From Bacillota bacterium (GTDB taxonomy: Bacteria; Bacillota; Bacilli; Bu12): a DNA stretch of 64,000 bases. Where the stretch lies: NCBI GenBank assembly GCA_014896485.1, contig JADBKH010000002.1, forward strand, positions 11,327 to 75,326, read 5' to 3'. The translations under genes and the position numbers were made by a program. Below, piece after piece: positions 56,908 through 64,000 of this stretch. The notes below the pieces were generated by a model, which saw only the letters and a list, made by a program, of their open reading frames with translations, made no database searches and was not told where the DNA came from. Numbering within the stretch: position 1 is the first letter of the stretch; every line of letters starts with the position of its first letter.

Positions 56908-57953
56908 GACGCACCTCCCTTCGTGGCCGCTGTCTCTTGCTCGTTTTGTGTGGCTTGTCCTTGATCGGTTGCGGCGGCAGCAACCTGCTCCGCATGCCAG
57001 CAGGCCACCCGATGGCCACGGACCTCGCGAAGCAACGGTTCCTCTTGCCGACACTGCTGTGTGGCAAACGGACAACGGGGATGGAAGCGACAACCGCTGG
57101 GCAGGTGGGCCAGGCTTGGGATCGACCCTTCGATCGAGTGCAGTCGACCCCCCCGTTCGCCTTCCAGTCCGGGAATCGAGGCCAACAGCCCCTGGGTGTA
57201 GGGGTGCTCAGGCAGATCGAAGATATCGTTGACACCGCCCTCTTCCATTACCCGGCCGGCGTACATCACCACCACCCGATCGGCCATCTCTGCTGCAACA
57301 CCCATGTCATGGGTGATCAGCAGGATCGCCATATGGAAGCGCTGTTTCAAATCGCGGAGCAAATCCAAAATTTGTGCCTGAATGGTCACGTCAAGGGCCG
57401 TAGTTGGCTCATCGGCGATGAGCAACTTGGGGTTGCAGGCAAGGGCCATGGCGATCATCACCCGCTGTCGCATCCCTCCCGAAAGCTCGTGGGGATACTG
57501 GCGCACGCGAATTTGCGGCTCGGGTATGCCAACGAGGGCCAGCATTTCTTCCGCCCGTTTCCAAGCCTGTTCCTTGTTCACATGTTCGTGCAACATCACG
57601 GCCTCAGCGATTTGGTCACCGATCGAAAAGACCGGATTGAGGGCGGTCATCGGCTCCTGGAAGATCATCGCAATCTGGCCCCCGCGGATGCGCCGCATCT
57701 CCTCCTGCGATTTTTCGGTCAACTCTTGGCCCTCGAAGCGGATCTTACCGTTTAAAATGAGGCCGTTTTCCATCTCCACCAAGCGCATGATGGAGAGGGC
57801 GGTGACCGATTTGCCGGAACCGGATTCACCGACGACGCAGACCGTCTCCCCCTCGCCGATCGTCAGCGAGACATCGTCTACCGCGATGAGCAACCCAGCA
57901 TCGGTGGCAAAACCGGTGGTCAGGTGCTCGATTTCAAGAAGCGGTCGCGCCAT
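56904..57953 (-). CDS. Peptide ABC transporter ATP-binding protein (DppD/OppD-type), second system
   Basis: [51 protein letters not shown]. Confidence 0.9.
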   Translation of the reverse strand: MARPLLEIEHLTTGFATDAGLLIAVDDVSLTIGEGETVCVVGESGSGKSVTALSIMRLVEMENGLILNGKIRFEGQELTEKSQEEMRRIRGGQIAMIFQEPMTALNPVFSIGDQIAEAVMLHEHVNKEQAWKRAEEMLALVGIPEPQIRVRQYPHELSGGMRQRVMIAMALACNPKLLIADEPTTALDVTIQAQILDLLRDLKQRFHMAILLITHDMGVAAEMADRVVVMYAGRVMEEGGVNDIFDLPEHPYTQGLLASIPGLEGERGGRLHSIEGSIPSLAHLPSGCRFHPRCPFATQQCRQEEPLLREVRGHRVACWHAEQVAAAATDQGQATQNEQETAATKGGAS

Positions 57954-58873
57954 TGGGCAATCCTCCTTTTGGGAATATGGGCCTTCTGTCGGGGATCGAG
58001 GGCATCCCGGATGCCATCACCGATAAAGTTGACCGAGAGCACCACCAAGAAGATACACACCCCCGGATAGACCGCCAGCATCGGATTGGTCAACATATAC
58101 TCCTGTGCATTGTTGAGCATCTGGCCCCAAGAGGTTTGAGGAGGTTGTACGCCCAAGCCCAAAAAGGAGAGTGCTGACTCGGTGAGGATGGCCCCTCCCA
58201 CCATTAGGGTGGCATTGACGATGATCGGGGCTGTAGCGTTGCGCAACAGGTGATTGAACATGATGCGCACACTCGACGCTCCTGCTGCTTTGGCAGCTTC
58301 GACGTACTGCATCTCACGCAATTGCAAAAACTCGCCGCGTACCAGCCGAGCGACTCCCATCCAGCTGGTCAAAACGAGAATGAGGATCATCAGGTAGAAA
58401 GAGGCGCCAAAAATGGCCAGCACCAAGATGTTGATAAAGAGAGCAGGCAGCGAGAGCATCACGTCAATGATGCGCATCAACACGGTATCGAGCCAACCAC
58501 CAAAGTAACCAGCGACTGCACCGACGATGCAGCCGATCAACACGGATCCGATCGCCACCAACACACCGACCAGCATGGAAACGCGGCTACCATACAAAAT
58601 TCTCGTAAAGATGTCGCGTCCAGAGTCATCGGTCCCCAGCAAATGCTGCCAGGACGGTGGTGCATCGCTGTTGAACAGGTCGATCGAAGCAGGATTGTAG
58701 GGCGCAATCCATGGTGCAAGGATTGCCAGAATGGCAAAGATCACAAAGACAACCAGCCCACCCATCGCCAGCGGATTCCTGCGGAAGCGACGCCAGGCTG
58801 CCCGCATCAAGCTCTCGGGCCGTTCGGGGAGGGTCGGTTCAGGCACCGGCATCTGACCCGTTTGTGCGATCAA
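57920..58873 (-). CDS. Peptide ABC transporter permease (DppC-type), second system
   Basis: OppC_N plus BPD_transp_1 fold. It has a 22-aa tail beyond the usual DALDPR end, which overlaps the next gene by 34 nt. Confidence 0.88.
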   Translation of the reverse strand: MIAQTGQMPVPEPTLPERPESLMRAAWRRFRRNPLAMGGLVVFVIFAILAILAPWIAPYNPASIDLFNSDAPPSWQHLLGTDDSGRDIFTRILYGSRVSMLVGVLVAIGSVLIGCIVGAVAGYFGGWLDTVLMRIIDVMLSLPALFINILVLAIFGASFYLMILILVLTSWMGVARLVRGEFLQLREMQYVEAAKAAGASSVRIMFNHLLRNATAPIIVNATLMVGGAILTESALSFLGLGVQPPQTSWGQMLNNAQEYMLTNPMLAVYPGVCIFLVVLSVNFIGDGIRDALDPRQKAHIPKRRIAQWRDRFLKSST

Positions 58874-59841
58874 GTGGTTTCACCTTCCTTTTCGCCGAGG
58901 CGTACACGCGGATCGACGACGGCATAAAGCAGGTCAGCGATCAGGTTGCCGGCCACCACCACGATGGCCGTGATCACCGTGATGGCCATGAGCACATTGT
59001 ACTCCCGTGCAGTGGCTTCGCTGACGAAGAGGCGCCCCATTCCCGGCCAATTGAAGACCGTCTCGGTCAGCGCGGCCCCAGCGACCACAATCGGCAGATC
59101 AAGCCCCAAAATCGTGATAATCGGGATCAACGCATTACGCAGTGCGTGGCGAAAGATAACTTTTGACTCTGGAACTCCCTTTGCCCGTGCCGTGCGAATG
59201 TAATCTTGTCCCAAAACCTCCAACATGCTGGAACGGCTGTATTTTACGTATCCTGCTAAAAATCCGATCACCAGGGTGACAACTGGTAGAACCAGATGGC
59301 GGGCCAGATCGGCCAGGTTCCCCTCTTGGCCACGGCTCCACATATCAGAAAGGGGAAGCCACCCCAACCGCATCGCAAAGATCTGCTGCAGCATCAGCCC
59401 CAACCAAAAGGCTGGTAGTGCAAAGCCCGCATAGGAGATAACCGTTGCGACGGTATCCGAAATCCCGTACTCGCGTGTGCTGTTGTAGATTCCCCAGGGA
59501 ATGGCGATCAGCAGTGTGACGACCCAAGCGATCCCCATCAAGATGATGGTATTGAGCAGCGTAGGCCAAACGAGGCTCCCCACAGGGATTCCATTTTTGA
59601 AGGTACTCCCGAAATCCCCGTGGAGCATGCGCCACAACCAATCCAAATATTGGATTGGCAACGGCCGATCGAGGCCGAGATTGTGCGCTTGGATATATTG
59701 TGCCTGCGGGGAAAGCCCGGGGGCCAAAAAGATACTGGTCGGTCCACCTGGCGCGGCATGAATCAATAAAAAGGTGGCAATTGTCACCAAAAAGAGAACC
59801 AGCACCGATTGCAGCACGCGCCGGAGAATGTACGCACTCAC
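58870..59841 (-). CDS. Peptide ABC transporter permease (DppB-type), second system
   Basis: MSAYILRRVLQSVLVLFLVTIATFLLIHAAPGGP N-terminus and EAA loop YIRTARAKGV. Confidence 0.9.
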   Translation of the reverse strand: MSAYILRRVLQSVLVLFLVTIATFLLIHAAPGGPTSIFLAPGLSPQAQYIQAHNLGLDRPLPIQYLDWLWRMLHGDFGSTFKNGIPVGSLVWPTLLNTIILMGIAWVVTLLIAIPWGIYNSTREYGISDTVATVISYAGFALPAFWLGLMLQQIFAMRLGWLPLSDMWSRGQEGNLADLARHLVLPVVTLVIGFLAGYVKYSRSSMLEVLGQDYIRTARAKGVPESKVIFRHALRNALIPIITILGLDLPIVVAGAALTETVFNWPGMGRLFVSEATAREYNVLMAITVITAIVVVAGNLIADLLYAVVDPRVRLGEKEGETT

Positions 59842-59961
59842 GTTTCACCCTCTTTAAACGACCATTCTGCACCAAGGCGTACCACAAGGAGAGAGGAAGG
59901 TACGGTGGCCCGCACCTTCCCCATCAGTCTAACGCGCTCGCTCATCCAGTGACACTGCGAT

Positions 59962-61689
59962 TTATTGGGAGACCCACCAAACTTGATCGTGATAGAGGTA
60001 GCCACCCGGCAGCGTCGGTTCAGGAGCATCTTGCTGGCTCCAATGAACACGCTTGGTGTACCCATTGATAATATTCTGCTGGTACAGGAAGACGTAGGGC
60101 AGATCGTTGGAAAGAATCTTGTTGATCTGGGCATAAATCTGCTTGCGTTGATTCTGATCGAGCGTATGGTAAGCCTGTGGCCAAAGGGCATCGGCCTCTT
60201 TGTTGACGTACCAACCGCTGTTTTGCCCATTGGGCGGAAAGCCCACTTTCGACGAGAAGATCGACTCCATGTCGGGGTCAATGCTGTTTTGCCAGCCGAG
60301 TAGGATGGCCTGATACTTGCCTGGATTGATGTTGTTGTTGATCCAGGAAGCGAAATCAACGCCCTGGATATCGACCTTGATGCCCACCTGCTTCAATTCA
60401 TCTTGAATGATCGAAGCCAACTGTTCACGGCGGACGTTGCCGGTATTGTATTGGAGCGTAAATTCGAAGGGATGGCCATTCTTCTGCAAAATGCCGTCAG
60501 AGCCCATTTTCCAACCATCATCAGCCAAGAACTGCTTGGCTTTCGCTGGATCGTAGGGCCAGTTGGTTCCATTGTTGGTGCTCGCCCAGTTGCCCGTCAA
60601 TTCATAGGGCCCATTGATAAGCCGCCCGTTGCCCTTCAATGCCTGATCAACGATCGCTTTCCGATTTAACGCCATCGCGATCGCCTGACGGGTCTTTAGA
60701 CCAGCAAAAGGACTCTGGTTCCCAAAACTGGGGAAATTGCTGCCTTTGAAATTGAATCCGAGATAATCCCATGCTGGCCCGGGCTCATTGCTGATGTTCA
60801 GGTTTGAAGCATTTTGGACGGTCGGCAACGCAGGAATGGGAATACCTGTCATCACATCGACATCACCATTTTTGAGTGCCTGTACCTCTGTATTTTGATC
60901 GGCGTAAACCTTGTAAATCCAGGTGTCGATATGCGGCTTAGGTCCCCAATAATTGGGATTACGATCCAGTTCGAGCTGCTGCTTTTGCGTCCAGCTCTTC
61001 CAAATGTACGGACCATTGGTCACCGTCTTGGTCGGATCGTTGCCAAACGGATTTTTCTGCAGGTCTGCCGCCTTGACATTGCTCAACAAGTGCTTGGGCA
61101 AAACAAAGTTCGAAGCCAAAATATTTCTCTGGAAGCGTGCATCGACTTCTTTGGTATGGATGACGACCGTTTGCGGGTCTTGGGCGACAGCATCCTTGAA
61201 TGTATTCATGTAGGATTGATAGGGTGAGCCGACATCGGGATTGGCCAGCATGGTCAACCCAAAGACCACGTCATCGGCGGTCAACGGTTGCCCATCCGAC
61301 CACTTCAGATTGGGCTTAAGCTTGATCGTGTAGGTCAACCCGTCTGAAGAGATCTGCAGCGGCTGCGCTGCCAGCGACCAATCATCAACCACCAGGTTGC
61401 CCTGCCGATCCACATCGTAAATATTGGACCAGATCAGACCAGCCGGGTCACTTGAAGCCGTATCGGAAATGAAGATGGGGTCAAATGTTGCAATATCCGA
61501 CGTCGTCCCCAATGTGATCGTCCCGCCGTCTTGCGGTTGCCCAGTCGTTTGCTGGGTCTGGCTGGTTGGAGTGTTGCCCGATGGTGTGTTGTTGGTATTG
61601 GACCCACCGCCACAGCCTGCCAACAGACCCGCGAGGATGGCCGCCGATCCCATCCCCATGAGCGCCGTGCGAAAGCGCTTTGCCACCAA
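59962..61689 (-). CDS. Family 5 peptide/nickel-binding lipoprotein, second system
   Basis: Lipobox LLAGCGGGS and an SBP_bac_5 core. TTG start follows AAGGGGGAAGAGG. Confidence 0.88.
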   Translation of the reverse strand: MVAKRFRTALMGMGSAAILAGLLAGCGGGSNTNNTPSGNTPTSQTQQTTGQPQDGGTITLGTTSDIATFDPIFISDTASSDPAGLIWSNIYDVDRQGNLVVDDWSLAAQPLQISSDGLTYTIKLKPNLKWSDGQPLTADDVVFGLTMLANPDVGSPYQSYMNTFKDAVAQDPQTVVIHTKEVDARFQRNILASNFVLPKHLLSNVKAADLQKNPFGNDPTKTVTNGPYIWKSWTQKQQLELDRNPNYWGPKPHIDTWIYKVYADQNTEVQALKNGDVDVMTGIPIPALPTVQNASNLNISNEPGPAWDYLGFNFKGSNFPSFGNQSPFAGLKTRQAIAMALNRKAIVDQALKGNGRLINGPYELTGNWASTNNGTNWPYDPAKAKQFLADDGWKMGSDGILQKNGHPFEFTLQYNTGNVRREQLASIIQDELKQVGIKVDIQGVDFASWINNNINPGKYQAILLGWQNSIDPDMESIFSSKVGFPPNGQNSGWYVNKEADALWPQAYHTLDQNQRKQIYAQINKILSNDLPYVFLYQQNIINGYTKRVHWSQQDAPEPTLPGGYLYHDQVWWVSQ

Positions 61690-61726
61690 CCTCTTCCCCC
61701 TTCTATGTCCTTTCGGAATTGACGAC

Positions 61727-61756
61727 AGTATAGCGAAAAAAAGCGATGCATGTCAC
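61727..61756 (-). promoter_or_regulatory. Putative sigma-A promoter of the second peptide-transport operon
   Basis: Minus strand: GTGACA, 18 nt, TATACT. It lies about 35 nt upstream of the SBP start. Confidence 0.5.
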
Positions 61757-61931
61757 TGAAAAAGGCTAACGGATGTTGCAATGTAACACTAAATGTTCGC
61801 TTTTTTCGCGCTGCGCTTTATCCATCTCTTTTACCACCTTTATGGATGCTCGTGCAAGGTAGTACAGCAAAGCGCCATCGCGTCGATGCATTCATGGCCG
61901 AATGAACTCGACCGATGAATTTGAGGGTCTA

Positions 61932-61960
61932 TTGCAGATGATACTAGTTTCGTTTATACT
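61932..61960 (+). promoter_or_regulatory. Putative sigma-A promoter of the fur-family/ZIP operon
   Basis: TTGCAG, 17 nt, TATACT. It lies about 30 nt upstream of the regulator start. Confidence 0.55.
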
Positions 61961-61992
61961 GAAGCGCGCAAGGATCGAAAGGGCGGATCGCC

Positions 61993-62451
61993 ATGCAATT
62001 GGAAGAAGCATTGGCTGTGCTACAGCATCACCATTGGAAACGGACGCCCCAGCGCCAAAGGGTGCTCGAGCTTTTGGCGACAGCGGAACAGCCGCTCTCT
62101 GCCCACGATATCGTGCGGGAAATGCGCCCCTTTTATCCAGATATCTCCGCCGAGACAATCTACCGCACCCTGCATCAGCTGGCAAGCTACAACATCATCG
62201 TTCCGATCCACCTACACAGTCCCGGGGGGGAACGCTACGAATGGAGCCAGACCCACCATCACCATCAGATCTGCCTCCATTGTGGCCAGATCGCCTGCCT
62301 ACCAGCATGCTCGATCGAAGCTACCCCTGCAGAAAACGGCTTTTTTGTAACCCAGCATGTCCTGGAAGAGTACGGCTATTGCGCTGCTTGCCAAACGCAA
62401 CGCTCCTCGTCGGAACAAAAACAAAAAAGAGAGGAAGAGCGGTTTTTATGA
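61993..62451 (+). CDS. Fur-family metalloregulator (Zur-like by context)
   Basis: KRTPQRQRVLELL...LSAHDI winged helix, His-rich HHHHQICLHCG (CxxC) and a C-terminal CAAC pair. Translationally coupled (ATGA) to a ZIP transporter. Confidence 0.8.
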   Translation: MQLEEALAVLQHHHWKRTPQRQRVLELLATAEQPLSAHDIVREMRPFYPDISAETIYRTLHQLASYNIIVPIHLHSPGGERYEWSQTHHHHQICLHCGQIACLPACSIEATPAENGFFVTQHVLEEYGYCAACQTQRSSSEQKQKREEERFL

Positions 62452-63248
62452 CGGTCGGGTTGATTCTCTCTATACTCGCCTCCCTTGCCAACCTTCTCGG
62501 TGGATGGATCGCTTCCAGGCTGCGTGAGGGCAATACGCTGTTCCGCATCCTGCTGCCTGCCGCAGCTGGTTTGCTTTTGGCAGCAGCACTGACCGATGTG
62601 CTTCCAGAAGCCATCGCCACCACGGAATGGGCCGGGGCAACGGCCTTGGCAGCTTATGTGGTGCTCTACGGGGCAGAGAGCTTGTTGACGCGTTCTGCAC
62701 ATATGACAAGCAGCGATCCGGTCGTCGCAGCAGCTGTGGCAAGCGAAGCCCCGCACCGCTTTGTGCAGCCTGTCGAGCCAAACGAACCCCAGATTACGCG
62801 GGAAGCAGCGTATATCGCAACGCTGGGACTTTCCATCCATTCCTTTTTCGACGGGGTTGCCTTGCTCTCTGCGTTTCGCGGGGGGATGGGGGCTGGCATT
62901 TTGCTGGTCATCGCCATGGTGCTGCACACGCTGCCGGTTGGGGTCTCGTTGGGTTCGCTCACCCGCGCCGCCCATTTGGGAAGACGCTCCGCCATTTTTT
63001 ATCCCGGGCTGCTCACTCTCATGACGATCCTCGGCAGTCTGCTTATCTTTTGGACAGCCAATGTAAGTGAGCAATGGACGAGTCTGCTCGTCGGTGCATC
63101 TGCAGGCACCCTGCTTTACATTGGAGCGACCGACATCATCCCGCGCTCCAAACAAGAGACCGGCGTCGCCTCATTGCGTTGGGTCATGGTGGGGGCAGCA
63201 TTCTTTATGGGTTCTCTTCTTTTGATGCACCAGGCGGGGTTGGGCTAA
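62448..63248 (+). CDS. zupT: ZIP-family divalent metal (zinc) transporter, ZupT-like
   Basis: Eight-TM pattern with the HSFFDG and HxxPxG (LHTLPVGVSLG) signature helices. The track ORF 61902..63248 is over-extended upstream of the ATG at 62448. Confidence 0.85.
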   Translation: MTVGLILSILASLANLLGGWIASRLREGNTLFRILLPAAAGLLLAAALTDVLPEAIATTEWAGATALAAYVVLYGAESLLTRSAHMTSSDPVVAAAVASEAPHRFVQPVEPNEPQITREAAYIATLGLSIHSFFDGVALLSAFRGGMGAGILLVIAMVLHTLPVGVSLGSLTRAAHLGRRSAIFYPGLLTLMTILGSLLIFWTANVSEQWTSLLVGASAGTLLYIGATDIIPRSKQETGVASLRWVMVGAAFFMGSLLLMHQAGLG

Positions 63249-63489
63249 GTGGTTCTCCAAAGATACGGGCGGCGTCACGCCGGCGCAGGGCCATGCGGAC
63301 ATCGTGAACTTCGACTTCAATCGGTCCCCGCGCCGGCATTTGCCGCACAACGTGCACGGTTACCCCAGGTAAAAAACCCAAGCTGTAGAGGCGGCGTCGA
63401 AATACCGGTTCTCCTTGGATGGCGGTAATGTGCAACCCTTCTCCCGGCCTGAGTTGTTCCAACGAGCAGAGAGGTCGCTCTTCCCTCAT
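63205..63489 (-). CDS. feoA: FeoA-family protein
   Basis: SH3-like FeoA motif: LRPGEGLHITAI...RLYSLGFLPGVTVHVVRQMPARGPIEVEV. Confidence 0.85.
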   Translation of the reverse strand: MREERPLCSLEQLRPGEGLHITAIQGEPVFRRRLYSLGFLPGVTVHVVRQMPARGPIEVEVHDVRMALRRRDAARIFGEPLSPTPPGASKEENP

Positions 63490-63791
63490 GCGCGTCCTTG
63501 TACCATCGCAAGCGCTCGCTGCGCTTGCGCACGCTCTTGAGCCGTGCGCAAACGATAACGAACCAATCGGGGAATCGTCGCCTCACAGGGCTTACGGAAG
63601 GGACAGCCATGGCAGGCCTGATCCCCAGTCACACAGTGTTGGGCTTGTACCTCGCGGACGAGATACCCCATCCTTTCCAGCTGCGCCAAACCGTCCCGTA
63701 CCTGTTGTGGAACGAGACCCAACCGCTGCGCCAATTCCTCTGCAGTCTCTCCAGGATGTTCTGCCAGGGCCTTACGCAATTGCTGCAACAT
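63486..63791 (-). CDS. FeoC-like winged-helix protein with a Cys cluster
   Basis: HTH-like TAEELAQRLGLVPQQVRDGLAQLERMGYLV followed by C-x7-C-x2-C-x5-C. Lies between feoB and feoA, with a 4-nt overlap onto feoA. Confidence 0.6.
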   Translation of the reverse strand: MLQQLRKALAEHPGETAEELAQRLGLVPQQVRDGLAQLERMGYLVREVQAQHCVTGDQACHGCPFRKPCEATIPRLVRYRLRTAQERAQAQRALAMVQGRA

Positions 63792-63827
63792 CGCTCTGGG
63801 CCCCCTCCCCGTTTGTTTTCTCTGGAC

Positions 63828-64000
63828 TCACATCGCAAAGCCGAGCAGTAACCCGATGCGCTCGATCACAAAACCAACCGTAAAGGCGACCACGATATTG
63901 AAGACGATGCCGACCGCGGTCCATTTCCAGCTGTTGGTCTCTCGACGCATCTGTACGACCGTAGACAGACAGGGTACATAAAGCATATAGACGACGAGAA
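63828..64000 (-). CDS. feoB: Ferrous iron transporter FeoB, C-terminal fragment (5' part beyond the window)
   Basis: Own translation gives ...LVVYMLYVPCLSTVVQMRRETNSWKWTAVGIVFNIVVAFTVGFVIERIGLLLGFAM*, the conserved YxPC gate-motif end of FeoB. Confidence 0.8.
   Translation of the reverse strand, partial: LVVYMLYVPCLSTVVQMRRETNSWKWTAVGIVFNIVVAFTVGFVIERIGLLLGFAM

Noticed and set aside
61890-61960. Possible Fur/Zur box (TTCAT-N6-ATGAA at about 61893-61908 and ATGATACTAGTTTCGTT in the promoter spacer)
   Set aside because: The inverted-repeat arms are only 5 bp, and neither element resembles the 7-1-7 Fur/Zur/PerR consensus well enough to call.
61902-62447. N-terminal 180-aa extension of the ZIP transporter ORF in the track (61902..63248)
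   Set aside because: The extension overlaps the Fur-family gene in another frame and is low-complexity. The ATG at 62448 gives a normal ZIP N-terminus with ATGA coupling.
1-64000. Mobile elements, prophage, CRISPR arrays, toxin-antitoxin or known defence systems
   Set aside because: I recognised no transposase, integrase, Cas, phage structural or restriction-modification motifs in any frame, and no arrays of 25-40-bp direct repeats. The SAM methyltransferase at 36166 lacks DNA-MTase motifs such as DPPY or a PC dipeptide.

Overview
GC-rich, densely coding chromosomal segment of about 60 protein genes. I saw no rRNA, tRNA, CRISPR array, transposase or integrase. Strong GGAGG-type Shine-Dalgarno sites, frequent GTG/TTG starts, lipoprotein signal peptides (LAGC/LAAC lipoboxes), an LCP wall-polymer ligase, a lipoprotein cytochrome c and NrdR boxes point to a Gram-positive-type (Bacillota-like, possibly thermoacidophilic Alicyclobacillaceae-like) host; this is inference only.

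Left to right:
- nnr-acpS, cytochrome c and a class B PBP.
- A tandem [KdpD-N/Usp]x2 protein plus a Cys-rich PAS/HisKA_3 kinase.
- A class I ribonucleotide reductase operon. It is preceded by tandem NrdR boxes and a clear cobalamin riboswitch, and extended by two membrane-anchored FMN glutamate-synthase-domain paralogues.
- An ABC importer-ilvE-GNAT-M20 operon facing an N-succinylamino-acid-racemase gene; the M20 and racemase genes are disrupted.
- A frameshifted ABC-F gene, then PrcB, SDR, DUF456, NhaP2, CoaA, MFS and a frameshifted APC permease.
- Cupin, a 1435-aa Lhr helicase, a ferritin-like protein, a methyltransferase, Mpg, an M24 peptidase, an atypical OmpR-type regulator, GH130 and LCP.
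- Benzoylformate decarboxylase plus a 2-hydroxyacid dehydrogenase.
- Two paralogous peptide ABC importers flanking RidA-PmbA-TldD-MFS.
- zur-like/ZIP convergent with feoB-feoC-feoA.

The most interesting candidate for something undescribed is the B12/NrdR-controlled RNR operon carrying the two FMN-domain membrane proteins. The degenerate double KdpD-N/Usp plus Cys-rich PAS kinase pair comes second. All functional calls rest on motif recognition by eye; no database search was run.
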